Shown here piece after piece: positions 31,576 through 41,610 of a DNA stretch of 64,000 bases. The notes below the pieces were generated by a model. It was not told where the DNA came from and searched no databases. It worked only from the letters and a program-made list of their open reading frames with translations. The position numbers and the translations under genes are program-made. How positions within the stretch are numbered: the stretch's first letter is position 1; every line of letters starts with the position of its first letter. Source of the DNA: an uncultured Verrucomicrobiae bacterium (lineage in GTDB: Bacteria > Verrucomicrobiota > Verrucomicrobiia > Chthoniobacterales > JAFAMB01). The stretch lies in NCBI GenBank assembly GCA_963837955.1, contig CAWIPH010000002.1:4736001-4800000 (forward strand), given 5' to 3'.

Positions 31576-32490
31576 CTATTCCGAAGACCGGACACTAGAA
31601 CGCCTCCGGGCCACCGGATGGTAATCAGCCGCATGGTATGAGCTTCGTACGAGCGGACCGGAGGCTACATACTCAAATCCCTTTTTTAATGCGACCTCGC
31701 GATAGAATTCAAAGGTTTGCGGCGTGATATACTCGATCACCGGCAAATGCTTTGGGGTAGGACGCAGATATTGGCCCATGGTCAAAACCTGCACGCCAGC
31801 TTCCCGCAAATCATCCAGAGCCTGAAAGAGCTCGTTTTCGGTTTCGCCAAGTCCGAGCATGATGCCGCTCTTGGTCACTACATCTGGATCGATTTGCTTG
31901 GCTCGCTGCAAGACTTGGAGCGACAAGCGATATTTCGCACGAGATCGGACCACCGGCGTCAATCTTTCCACCGTCTCCAGATTATGATTAAAAATATCCG
32001 GCGCGGCCGAGAGAACTACCTCGATCGAATTCTCCTTACCATTGAAATCGGGAACCAATACTTCGACGACGATCTGTTCTTGAACCTCTCGGACAGCCAG
32101 GATTGTTTGTGCAAAATGAGCAGCTCCACCGTCCGCCAGATCGTCCCTGGCCACAGCGGTAATTACCACGTGCTTCAATCCAAGCCGGCGTACCGCTTCG
32201 GCTACCCGGTCCGGCTCATCTGCCTCGAGAGCATACGGTTTGGCAGTAGAGACCGCACAAAACCCGCACGCTCGAGTACAGCGCTCGCCAGCAATCATTA
32301 CCGTCGCGGTTCCCTGGCTCCAGCATTCCCAGCGGTTCGGACATTGGGCTGACTCGCAGACGGTGTGCAAACGCAGATCCGAGATCAACGCTTTTGTTGA
32401 GAAGAAGACTGGGTTTGATGGCAGCCGAACTTTGATCCAGTCCGGTTTCTTTGGCTGATGAAGCGTCGGATCAATCTTAGAGCAAGACAT
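31576..32490 (-). CDS. lipA: Lipoyl synthase
   Basis: TVCESAQCPNRWECW, CTRACGFCAV, NHNLETV, RSSYHA. Confidence 0.96.
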   Translation of the reverse strand: MSCSKIDPTLHQPKKPDWIKVRLPSNPVFFSTKALISDLRLHTVCESAQCPNRWECWSQGTATVMIAGERCTRACGFCAVSTAKPYALEADEPDRVAEAVRRLGLKHVVITAVARDDLADGGAAHFAQTILAVREVQEQIVVEVLVPDFNGKENSIEVVLSAAPDIFNHNLETVERLTPVVRSRAKYRLSLQVLQRAKQIDPDVVTKSGIMLGLGETENELFQALDDLREAGVQVLTMGQYLRPTPKHLPVIEYITPQTFEFYREVALKKGFEYVASGPLVRSSYHAADYHPVARRRSSVRSSE

Positions 32491-32605
32491 CGTCGACGAT
32501 TAAGCTAACGACTAGCCTGCCCAAAAGCAAACCGCAGGGGTCATCTATTTGCGATATGCAAAAACGAATGAAGTGTTTCGGCCCTCGGACACTCCCAACT
32601 GATGC

Positions 32606-32995
32606 CTAACGCTTAGAGAATTGGAAACGTTTGCGTGCACCCGGCTGGCCCGCCTTCTTCCGTTCCTTCATTCGCGGATCGCGGGTTAGCAAACCCTCTT
32701 CCTTCAATGCGGCCCGCAGGGCGGCATCTACCTCCAACAGGGCACGCGCAATACCGAGACGAACCGCACCAGCCTGACCGCTTGGGCCGCCGCCGGAAGC
32801 TTTGACTAGCACGTCAAACGTGTTTGTCGTTTTGGTCACTTCAAATGGCTTGAGTACCGTCAATTGCAGAGGTGCAGTTGGGAAATACTCTTCAAAAGGG
32901 CGACCATTTACTTCAATTTTTCCCGAGCCACGCGAGATGCGCACTTGAGCAACGGAGGTCTTGCGGCGACCGGTAGCGGAAAATGAATCTGCCAT
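32606..32995 (-). CDS. rpsI: 30S ribosomal protein S9
   Basis: [32 protein letters not shown]. Confidence 0.97.
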   Translation of the reverse strand: MADSFSATGRRKTSVAQVRISRGSGKIEVNGRPFEEYFPTAPLQLTVLKPFEVTKTTNTFDVLVKASGGGPSGQAGAVRLGIARALLEVDAALRAALKEEGLLTRDPRMKERKKAGQPGARKRFQFSKR

Positions 32996-33023
32996 AAAAT
33001 GCTAGTTCCTGATGCTGTTTTGA

Positions 33024-33449
33024 CTAAGCGATTGCGATCGGTTGTTGCGCTTCATGTGGGTGTTGCTCGCCGCGGTAAACCTTCAGTTTAGTGAAAATTG
33101 ATCGGCCCAGCCGGTTGTGCGGAATCATGCCTTTAACCGCGTGTTCGATTAATAGCTCGGGACGGCGGGCGCGGCGCTGCTGGACGTTTTCCGATTTGTG
33201 GCCTCCTACGTACCCGGAAAAACTGGTATACTCCTTCTTCACTTCTTTCTTTCCGCTGAGAAGCACCTTTTCCGCGTTGATCACCACGACAAAATCCCCC
33301 GTGTCAACGTGAGGGGTAAAGATCGCCTTTCCTTTGCCCCGTAACAAATTTACCACTTTGACAGCGACACGTCCCAGAGGCTGGTTCTTCGCATCGACGA
33401 TATACCATCTGCGATCCACGTCGCTGGCTTTGGCTGAAAAGGTCTTCAT
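33024..33449 (-). CDS. rplM: 50S ribosomal protein L13
   Basis: MKTFSAK, W..VDA..LGR, FTPHVDTGDFVVVINA, HPHEAQQP. Confidence 0.97.
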   Translation of the reverse strand: MKTFSAKASDVDRRWYIVDAKNQPLGRVAVKVVNLLRGKGKAIFTPHVDTGDFVVVINAEKVLLSGKKEVKKEYTSFSGYVGGHKSENVQQRRARRPELLIEHAVKGMIPHNRLGRSIFTKLKVYRGEQHPHEAQQPIAIA

Positions 33450-33474
33450 TTCTGGTCCGTAAAAAAGAGCAGGG

Positions 33475-33503
33475 AAGCTATTGTCCTCTCTCGTCTCTGT
33501 CAA
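33475..33503 (-). promoter_or_regulatory. sigma70 promoter of rplM-rpsI
   Basis: Minus strand TTGACA-N17-TAGCTT, 25 nt upstream of the rplM ATG. Confidence 0.7.
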
Positions 33504-33722
33504 TTGCTTAATTTTTGGATTTCCTAACTAACGTAGCCCCGCTGGTAGGTCGACTGCGATGTAATTTTTGGCATCAAGCCCGCCAGGCACTTCTTTCGCC
33601 GGAATCTCCATCCCACGGATAACACCACCCTCTCGAACGTCGCCGCGGCTGCAGAAAAGAACGCGTTCCGATCTACAACCGGCGCACTAGATTCCCGCCG
33701 AGAACGGTGTTATGCGCAATCT

Positions 33723-34484
33723 ATGTTGTCTCGTGGACTTTGGGCTGTTCTTTTGGTCTTGGTTTCTCTCTGCGTCGTTGAGAACTCCGAAGCGATCGAT
33801 ATCCGGGCCGACCTGCGACAGGCTGATCAACTAGAAGATTCCGATCGGTTGACCGAAGCGCTTGAAGTGCTGAAGAACGCCGAGCAGAGCGATCCGGAGA
33901 ACCCTGAGCTTCTGTACCGGCTGTCTAACGTCAACTCCGAATTAGTGGATACGCTTCCCGACGACCGGCAAAAAAAAGCGAGCGCCCAAACCGCACTCAA
34001 GTACGGGAAACGAGCGGTAGAGAAGGGACCAGGTTTATCGGAGGCCCACTTAGCGCTCGCCATAGCTTCTGGGAAAATCACGGACTTCGTCGGCGATCGA
34101 ACGAAGATGGAATACTCCAGGGTCATTCAAAGCGAGGCTGAAAAAGCGGTCCAGCTCGATCCTAAGAACGATTTGGCATACCTTGTTTTGGCAAAATGGA
34201 ACTTTGAAATGTCAGATCTGAATCCGATCCTTCGAGGCATCGCCGAAATGCTTTACGGTCAGGTTCCCGCCTCGTCACAAGAGAAGGCAGTTGAATATTT
34301 CAGAAAAGCGATCGCGATTGCTCCGAATCGCATCAATTACCATTTCGAGTTCGCCCAGGTTCTAGATCGAATGGGAAAGAAAGAAGAAGCGCGGGCAGAA
34401 TACCAAAAGGTGCTTCAGCTGACGCCAACGGATAAGGAGGATCGTGATGATCAAAAAGAGGCGGCCAGAGCCCTAAAGCATTGA
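33723..34484 (+). CDS. Exported TPR protein (RMDN/RMD1-like), paralog 1
   Basis: Signal peptide; A.KAV, AHLALA.A.G, VLAKWNFE, A.EYF.KAI..AP. Confidence 0.7.
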   Translation: MLSRGLWAVLLVLVSLCVVENSEAIDIRADLRQADQLEDSDRLTEALEVLKNAEQSDPENPELLYRLSNVNSELVDTLPDDRQKKASAQTALKYGKRAVEKGPGLSEAHLALAIASGKITDFVGDRTKMEYSRVIQSEAEKAVQLDPKNDLAYLVLAKWNFEMSDLNPILRGIAEMLYGQVPASSQEKAVEYFRKAIAIAPNRINYHFEFAQVLDRMGKKEEARAEYQKVLQLTPTDKEDRDDQKEAARALKH

Positions 34485-34534
34485 ATCTAATCCGATCGTC
34501 CAGGGTGGCTCGGCCCTGACGGCGCGCCGCCGGC

Positions 34535-34897
34535 TTATTGTTCTTTCGGTTTTAGCCAGAGAACCAACCATCCTGCCAGCATCCCAAATCCGCCAAGCGG
34601 TGTGATTGCACCGAACCAACGTGCGCCGGTCAGCGCAAGCAGATAGAGCGAGCCGCTGAAGACCGTCACGCCGGCGAGCAGCAACCAAAAACTCCATTTG
34701 GGGATAGGCCGCCAACCGCTGAGTACCAGCAATACAACACCATGGACGAGGTGATAGAGAACCCCTGTCTGCCAAACCTGGGTTGTGCCTAGACTGTCTA
34801 GATGAGACCGAAAAATATGGGCGCCGAAAGCGCCGAGGGCAACTGCACTAAACCCGACTATAGCGGCCGTTTTTCTCGCGAGCTCAGGATGGATCAT
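34535..34897 (-). CDS. DUF423/TMEM256 (YgdD-like) membrane protein
   Basis: VALGAFGAH, WQTGV.YH..H, FSGSLY, GAITPLGG. Confidence 0.9.
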   Translation of the reverse strand: MIHPELARKTAAIVGFSAVALGAFGAHIFRSHLDSLGTTQVWQTGVLYHLVHGVVLLVLSGWRPIPKWSFWLLLAGVTVFSGSLYLLALTGARWFGAITPLGGFGMLAGWLVLWLKPKEQ

Positions 34898-35017
34898 AAA
34901 TTGGATAGCCAAGGGTAAACTCCTGCGCGATAGATACGCTGGATTTTTACAAACGGGCAGGTTAAATGCCAAGGAATGTAGGCAAGCTTCTCGCTCGGCA
35001 AAGGAGGGAAAACACGC

Positions 35018-35779
35018 ATGAAACAGTTGATTGTTTTTTTGGCTGTCGTTGCGCTGTGTGAGCCCGCACTCACTCAAGAGGTAGAGGGACTCATTCAGCA
35101 GGCGGACCAATTCGAGAATCAGGGAGAAACCGAATCCGCTATCAAAGTATTGAAGCAAGCGGACAGCGCTTCCCCGGAGAACCCGCAGATCCAGAAGCGG
35201 CTGAGCAGACTCTATACCCGGCAAATCCAGGAAATCTCGGACCAGGGGGTAAAACGAAAAGACGCCGAACTAGCCGTCGAACTTGGCAAGAAAGCTGTCG
35301 CAAAGACTCCAAACGATGCCCAGGCGCGTGTCGCACTTGCAGCGGCTTACGGACAGATCTGTTGGTTCGTCGATGAAAAAACGCGAGTCGAGTATTCTAA
35401 ACAGATCTATCTACAGGTAACCAAGGGCCTGGAGCTTGATCCCTCCAGTGATTATGGTCATTTGATCCTGGCCCGCTGGAATTTTGAGTTGGCGACCCTA
35501 AATCCGGTTCTGAAAGGGATCGCCGAGCTCGTCTACGGGCAGATGCCGGCAGCTTCAACCCAGGCAGCCGTCGCTCATTTCAAGAAAGCGATCGAGCTTG
35601 CTCCGCAACGTATTATCCACCACGCCGAATACGCCAAAGCTTTGGAGGCATTGGGGGAAAAAGCCGAAGCTCGAGAAGAGTGGACAAAAGTGACCGAGCT
35701 CAAAGCGGTCGGCCCGCAAGATCGACTCTACCAAACGATGGCAAACCAGCATCTTCGTTCGGGTTCGTTGGCTGGCTAG
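35018..35779 (+). CDS. Exported TPR protein (RMDN/RMD1-like), paralog 2
   Basis: Signal peptide; shares LA.WNFE..LNP.L.GIAE..YGQ.PA.S with 33723-34484. Confidence 0.7.
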   Translation: MKQLIVFLAVVALCEPALTQEVEGLIQQADQFENQGETESAIKVLKQADSASPENPQIQKRLSRLYTRQIQEISDQGVKRKDAELAVELGKKAVAKTPNDAQARVALAAAYGQICWFVDEKTRVEYSKQIYLQVTKGLELDPSSDYGHLILARWNFELATLNPVLKGIAELVYGQMPAASTQAAVAHFKKAIELAPQRIIHHAEYAKALEALGEKAEAREEWTKVTELKAVGPQDRLYQTMANQHLRSGSLAG

Positions 35780-35883
35780 CGGTCGGAATTGCTCAAAGAT
35801 GGAGGGCGCGTCGCTTCCGTTGTCAGGAGCCCTGCGAGCGGGTTATTCGATCCCCCGACGGCAGATTCCGAAGACAGCTCACT

Positions 35884-36777
35884 CTAAACACGGCCTTCTC
35901 CGACAACAGTCCAAAGCCGGCGATACGCAGCTAATACCCGCTGTCGAATTGGCTGGGAGCGCTCGGAGATATTCCGCTGCAACCGAGCGTATTCGGCACG
36001 GCCATCTGACGTCTCTACCCGAATCGGATCAAAACCGATCTGGCGAAGCTCGTAGGGGCTGGCGCGCATATCGATCTCACGGGCAAGTCGAGCCAGCTCA
36101 AACGCGTCGGCCAAAAGCTCCGATTCGATCCAAGGCGCAATTTTGTAGCAAAACCGATAGAGGTCCATGTTCACGTGGATACATCCGCATTGGTCCATTT
36201 CGATGGTCGTTGCCCGGCCTAAGGCTAGCTGATTCCGCTTTCGCGCCGGTTCTGTGAAAAAACGAAAGGCGTCGAAATGGGTGCAGACAAGGTTTTGAGA
36301 TTCAACAGCCGCGGCAATTTCTGCTCCCCTTAATCGCAGAGGGACTTCCGAATGACGAATCGATCCTTCGCGATACACCATTGCCCACTCGTGCAAACCA
36401 AAACAGCAAAAACTCGGTTCCCTGGCTGATGTTGTTTCGAGGAAACGAGTGGCCCAAACCAAGTATTCACGACGAGCGCTTGGAAACGGAGTCAGTCTCC
36501 AGCCGCCGGCCACTCGTTCCCACCATTTCGCTGATCCGGGCAAGTCTTCGATACGCAACGCCTCGATCGTCAGATTTGGGCCGGGTGACCATCGGGAAAG
36601 CTGAGCCGGTCGAAACGAGTAGTACTGAAAAAGAAAATCATAGACCGGGTGCTTGGCTTGGCGCGATTTTTGGTCGAGGTAGGGCGCAATCCACGGTTGC
36701 ACGCGCTGTTTATGGAGCCAGGCACGATGTTCCCAAACGGTGCGCGGCAGAACAACGGGTATTTCATCGATCTTCAT
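35884..36777 (-). CDS. Conserved protein of the family usually annotated '3-methyladenine DNA glycosylase' (function doubtful)
   Basis: HPVYDFLF.YY, CFGLHEWAMVY, CTHFDAFRFFT, GC.H.NMDLY, DMRASPY. Confidence 0.75.
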   Translation of the reverse strand: MKIDEIPVVLPRTVWEHRAWLHKQRVQPWIAPYLDQKSRQAKHPVYDFLFQYYSFRPAQLSRWSPGPNLTIEALRIEDLPGSAKWWERVAGGWRLTPFPSARREYLVWATRFLETTSAREPSFCCFGLHEWAMVYREGSIRHSEVPLRLRGAEIAAAVESQNLVCTHFDAFRFFTEPARKRNQLALGRATTIEMDQCGCIHVNMDLYRFCYKIAPWIESELLADAFELARLAREIDMRASPYELRQIGFDPIRVETSDGRAEYARLQRNISERSQPIRQRVLAAYRRLWTVVGEGRV

Positions 36778-36797
36778 TTGAGGCGCACCTATTTGTG

Positions 36798-38362
36798 CTA
36801 GCGTCCATCTGTTATTCGCCTTAAAGCACGTTGCACGTGTACCTCTGCCCAGTCGAGTTCTTCCTCGATCTGGTGAAAAGCGTCGTCACCAATGTCACCT
36901 CGAATGCGCAATCTAGCTAAAGTGCGACGTTCTGCATCGATTGCCCGGTTTTGAACATTGGCGAGTTCTGACGTCGTACCCTCACCGGCTTGCTTGTCAT
37001 TTGCATCGTTGCCCAATCGAGCTTGATACTCTCGACGGACAACCGCTGCCGCCTCAGACCCTTCTTGTCCATCAAGAATATTTAAAGCGGCACGCGCAAT
37101 CTCAGTCCGGGCCAGCCGCACTTCTTCCTCGACCACCCGGTCATCTGCAAAACGAAGTGCCGTCATTAGTGGGCGTAAAGTCAGACCCTGCAAGATCAGC
37201 GTTCCAAGCACGACGCAAAAAGCCGCGAAGAGGAGCAGATCGCGATATGGGAATGTCTCTGGGAGCGCGAGCGCGGCAGCAAGAGTAACAATCCCTCGCA
37301 TTCCGCACCACGATACCATGATTCCTGACTGAACCGTGGGAGGACTCACCCGGTGCGGAAGATGAACACCAAAATGGCGATTTTTCCAACGCACCAGGGT
37401 GTTATAGAACATGACCCAGGCGATTCTGACCAGAATAGTCGTCACGCAAACTGCTCCACCAATCAGAAGGTAATGGGACCATTCAGTCGAATGGAGCCGT
37501 TGAAGCAACGGCTTGAGTTCCAGCCCGACAAAAATGAAAACCAGAATATTGAGCACAAACACGACCACCTCCCACACCGCGTAGGAAGGAATACGAAGCC
37601 GAGCTGTAATCCTTGTCGGCACGCTCCGGGCCAGCTCGATAGCGTAACAAACGATCGTGATAATGCCGGACAGATGCAGTTGCTCCGCCAAGATCCAGAT
37701 GATGAATACGGAAAGGAACTGTATCAAGACGGCTGTAGCCACTTCCTGAAAGCGACCCGCGATACGAATGTAGAGGCGCGCCAGAATTACACCCGCAAAC
37801 ACGCTTGCGATGCCCGCGAATAGCAGGAAGGGGATTGCGCTAATGAATGTTCCGGTTGTGGTGATCCCAACGGCAGCGCGGTAAATCAGCAGAGCGCTCG
37901 CATCATTAAAGAGACTTTCTCCCTCCAAAATAACGAGTACTCGATGCGGCGGACGCAACATCCGCAGAACGGCCGTCGCTGCGGACGCATCGGGCGGCGC
38001 CACGATCGCGCCGAGGGCGATCGCAGCCGACCAGGGGATATCGGGCAGGAAGAATCGAACGACTATTGCGACGGAAACAACGGTCAGCCCGACCGCGATC
38101 AAGGCTAAACTCGCTACCGGTCTCCAATTGTCTTTAAGATCGCGGAGTGACGCATCATAGGTCGCGTCCAACAGGACTGGAGCAACAAAAGAGCAAGCGT
38201 GAGCTGCGGATCCAGTGCCAAGTCCGGCAAGTTCGGAGTAAAAGCCAAAACAACGCCCAGCCCGGCCAATAAGACCGGGTACGGTATTTTCAGCCGGCGG
38301 GCGATACTGGCCAATAGGGCGCCGACCAAAAGCAAGCCGATAATCAGTTCGAATTTCGCCAC
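36798..38362 (-). pseudogene. CPA1 Na+/H+ antiporter (YjcE/NhaK-like) with a frameshift near 38187-38190
   Basis: Two ORFs (38114-38362, 36798-38171) join as LALFVAPVLLDATY if one T is restored; LGAIVAPPD, LEGESLFNDA, GMRG.VTLAAAL. Confidence 0.85.
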
Positions 38363-38488
38363 TGCTCTATTGGATTTTGTTTCTTAGCTGTGCTCTATCC
38401 ATTTGGCCAGATCCAAAAGTCTGCAGCATCGGTAGAGGCGCGACAGTTGCGGATTTCAGAGTAAAAAATCATCGCATGGAGACCCCTC

Positions 38489-39127
38489 ATGTATTCGATC
38501 TATTTCGCCGGTGAGTTATTCGCAGCCAAGCATTTGATCGGCAACTCTGCGCTAGCTGCAGCGATCGAACGGCAATCGGCTGGTGAATTCGTTTGCCGAT
38601 TGCCACAGGCGCTGGAACAAAGAAGCAGTTCTGCCCAGCAGATCCGAGACCAGGATCTTGAGACTCTCATCGAGTGCGATCTCGCCATTTTCAACTTCGA
38701 TGGCGCCGAGATTGACTCCGGGACAGTGGTGGAATTCATGGTCGCCAAATTCGCCGACATCCCTTCCCTGTTGCTGCGCACCGACTTTCGCAAAGGAGGC
38801 GACCTGGGAGAAGATCCTTGGAATCTGATGATCAGCTTTTATCCACGAACCCGGACCTGTCTGCTGGATTGCATGGGGCTGTACAAGGAAGCGCTGGCCA
38901 AAACCGACAACTACCACGAAGCGAGCTCGACAATGATCGAAAAAATTGCCCAGAGCGCACTCGAAGAGCTCCACTTGCTGCTGAGGGCGCCACCTTATCT
39001 ACCGCCTCATTTGACCGAGCCCGTTTACGACTGGCTCGGAACATTCGCTCAATTTACATTGCCGGACTCCGCCCAGAAAATTCGCGCGGCCCTGAAAAAT
39101 AAGAAAGCTCGAGGACTTCTCCTGTGA
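38489..39127 (+). CDS. Nucleoside 2-deoxyribosyltransferase-like protein
   Basis: IYFAG.LF, LPQ, FDG.E.DSGT.VE, RTDFR, WNLM. Confidence 0.8.
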   Translation: MYSIYFAGELFAAKHLIGNSALAAAIERQSAGEFVCRLPQALEQRSSSAQQIRDQDLETLIECDLAIFNFDGAEIDSGTVVEFMVAKFADIPSLLLRTDFRKGGDLGEDPWNLMISFYPRTRTCLLDCMGLYKEALAKTDNYHEASSTMIEKIAQSALEELHLLLRAPPYLPPHLTEPVYDWLGTFAQFTLPDSAQKIRAALKNKKARGLLL

Positions 39128-39131
39128 CCCT

Positions 39132-40226
39132 GTGCGTTATCTAATCGCTCCAGACAAATTCAAAGGGACTCTGAGCGCATCGGAAGTATGCGAAATCCTT
39201 GCCGAAGCCGTGCGCGCGCACGATCCCGCGGCGCAAACTGATCTGATTCCAATCGCGGACGGCGGAGAAGGCACCGCCGAATTGGTTGCCTCTCAGCTCG
39301 GGGCAGAGAGACGGTCAATCGCAACGGTAGATGCGTTGGGACGACCCATCACCGCCGAATATTTCGTTCATCAGGACGAAGCTTTTGTCGATATGAGTGC
39401 CGCATCGGGCCTGTGGCGGATTCCTCCAGGTGAACGTCGTCCACTCGATTCCAATACGCTCGGCACCGGTTTGATCGTCCGCCACCTTTGGGATCTTGGC
39501 ATCAAACGGATCTCGATTGGCTTAGGCGGGAGTGCTACGGTCGATGCCGGCCTGGGCTTGGCGGCCGCGGTTGGCTACACCTTCCTCGATAAAGATGGGT
39601 ATTTAGTCGAGCCTTTCCCTGGACAATTTGGGGTGATTCAACGAGTTACGCCGCCCAATGTCGCTAGTTTGCCTAAAATCATCGGTCTCGCGGATGTGGA
39701 AACCCGATTGCTTGGAACCGAAGGAGCCATCCGTGTTTTCGGACCGCAAAAAGGCTTGCAGCCCGATGAGGTAAAATCATTGGAACAGGATCTCGCTCGT
39801 TTGGTCGATCGAGTTGAAGACTCAGTGAAAACCAACTACTCGAGAACGATCCGCTCCGGAGCTGCCGGAGGACTAGGCTACGGCATTTTGACGTTCCTTC
39901 GAGGCGAGCTTGTCCCCGGTTTTGCGGAGGTTGCGAAACGTTTGCGGTTGCCAGAAAGGATCTCGGCGGCCGACGTCGTTATCACCGGGGAAGGCAAACT
40001 CGATTATCAATCGCTGCAGGGGAAAGGACCTTTCGGGGTTGCAGAGATCGCGGGTCGCGCGAAGAAACCGACTTGGGTCATCGCTGGTACCATCGAAGAT
40101 GAAGTCCAGATTCGAACCAAATTCGAAAAATCCGTCTCCGTTGTAGCGGGGCCAATCACGCTGGCGGCTGCGCTGAAGGATCCCGCCGGAACGCTTCGGC
40201 AGAGAGCCGCTGCGTTTTGGGAGTAG
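39132..40226 (+). CDS. glxK: Glycerate kinase (GlxK family)
   Basis: IAPDKFKGTLSA, ADGGEGT, GLGGSATVD.G, FGPQKG, GAAGGLG, TGEG..D.QS..GK. Confidence 0.92.
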   Translation: MRYLIAPDKFKGTLSASEVCEILAEAVRAHDPAAQTDLIPIADGGEGTAELVASQLGAERRSIATVDALGRPITAEYFVHQDEAFVDMSAASGLWRIPPGERRPLDSNTLGTGLIVRHLWDLGIKRISIGLGGSATVDAGLGLAAAVGYTFLDKDGYLVEPFPGQFGVIQRVTPPNVASLPKIIGLADVETRLLGTEGAIRVFGPQKGLQPDEVKSLEQDLARLVDRVEDSVKTNYSRTIRSGAAGGLGYGILTFLRGELVPGFAEVAKRLRLPERISAADVVITGEGKLDYQSLQGKGPFGVAEIAGRAKKPTWVIAGTIEDEVQIRTKFEKSVSVVAGPITLAAALKDPAGTLRQRAAAFWE

Positions 40227-40268
40227 GAGGGGAGTTCCCGTTCCCGGCGAACGGCATGCCGGTAAGTC

Positions 40269-41432
40269 CTACGGAGCCAAAGTGAGTTCCGCCTTCATGA
40301 GGAAAGTATTGTAAGGTCCGTACTGCGACATGACGAAGAAGAGGGTCCGTCCGTTGTCCCTCAAGAACGAGGGCGTCATAAACGCGCCGTAAAGCTGCGG
40401 GTAATCCCTAGCAGTGGCCAGCGTATGCGGCGTTGTCCAAGGTCCCCATAAATGCTCGGCCTCGCGCAACTGAAGGCTGGCGGTATCCTCGTTAAGATAG
40501 GTGTACATCCATCGCTGCATGGCTGCATTCCACAGCACGGAAGCCTCGCCTACGGGAGCGGCCACTACTTCGACAGCCCCATCGCAATTTTTCGCCCAGC
40601 TAGCCTCTGCTTCTCCGGCACCGGGCGTACACAGGTACTCCCATGCCTCAGCGTCGAGGACCCGATCCTTGGGCACCCGGCCAAGTTTGGCTGCCCCGAA
40701 ACGACCACATGGCGTCCCGAGCGCATACACATACTTACCGCCGGGATTGTCGGGTGCGACGGCAGCGGTGAGGGCCACCATGTTGAAGTTGGACGTTGGA
40801 CCCCCAAACTGGATCGCACACTCATGCCAGGTCTTGCCGAGGTCGCTGGAATATATCCATTTCGAGTTGTTGCATTCCCATACCCCGCCTTTGGGTGCAA
40901 ATCCGCGCACGGACATGTAATGAAGATAGATCGTATCGTCGACGCTCACCATGCTGGTCGGGATCTTGGTCTGTTCGCTAGTTTCGTTGGCAAACGGAGG
41001 TTGATGCGCGCCCTGAACAATCGCAATCGCATGACCGTCCGGACCACGCAGCCAGTCTGTGAGTCTGACGCCGTTCCCGAGATCACGATCCGCGGTTGAA
41101 GCAAAGCTGTTGGATCGCCAATTTGGTCCGCCGACGCCGCGACACGTATTGCCCTCATAACCGAATGTGTCGCCGAAGGCGAAATAGATCCGGCCATTCA
41201 GCTCAGTCATGACGCCTAGATCGGTGCCGCAGACATCGACTTTCCTTTGATCGGTGAGCGCCTGCGGTCCGGTGAGAGCGCAAACCTTCGATGTGTTGAT
41301 TGAGGAAATTCGGGGCTGAATCTGAGCAGCAAGAGCCACCTGAGGTAGGAGACACCCACTTGATAAGCAAGGACAAATGACAAATGGCAAAAATCTGATC
41401 GGCACCAAATTGGCTGTTTTGCTTCTCATCAT
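40269..41432 (-). CDS. DUF4185 domain protein (GH183-like beta-propeller), probably exported
   Basis: GTDLG, FGDTF, WRSN, IPT, HYMSV, GEASV, LYGAF, MSQ..PYN. Confidence 0.8.
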   Translation of the reverse strand: MMRSKTANLVPIRFLPFVICPCLSSGCLLPQVALAAQIQPRISSINTSKVCALTGPQALTDQRKVDVCGTDLGVMTELNGRIYFAFGDTFGYEGNTCRGVGGPNWRSNSFASTADRDLGNGVRLTDWLRGPDGHAIAIVQGAHQPPFANETSEQTKIPTSMVSVDDTIYLHYMSVRGFAPKGGVWECNNSKWIYSSDLGKTWHECAIQFGGPTSNFNMVALTAAVAPDNPGGKYVYALGTPCGRFGAAKLGRVPKDRVLDAEAWEYLCTPGAGEAEASWAKNCDGAVEVVAAPVGEASVLWNAAMQRWMYTYLNEDTASLQLREAEHLWGPWTTPHTLATARDYPQLYGAFMTPSFLRDNGRTLFFVMSQYGPYNTFLMKAELTLAP

Positions 41433-41610
41433 CAGGATAACTCCAGTACTCCGGCACTCTAGGCTCACAGATCCTGCTTTCGCCGGATTTGCCACCGTCG
41501 CTCCGCTTTGGCGCGCCCGAGCCGAACGTTTGGGCATGACCTTACAGCCAGCCGCGACGTAGGCTTAGCGAAGTCGGGTTTCGCCCCACCTTTCGTGCTA
41601 CATTCCTACG

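Noticed and set aside
34898..35224. N-terminal extension of the DUF423 ORF
   Set aside because: Overlaps the opposite-strand TPR gene; the family motif starts at Met 34897.
41560..41610. SOS/LexA box before dinB (and uvrC)
   Set aside because: No TGTTC-N4-GAACA or other clear palindrome seen.
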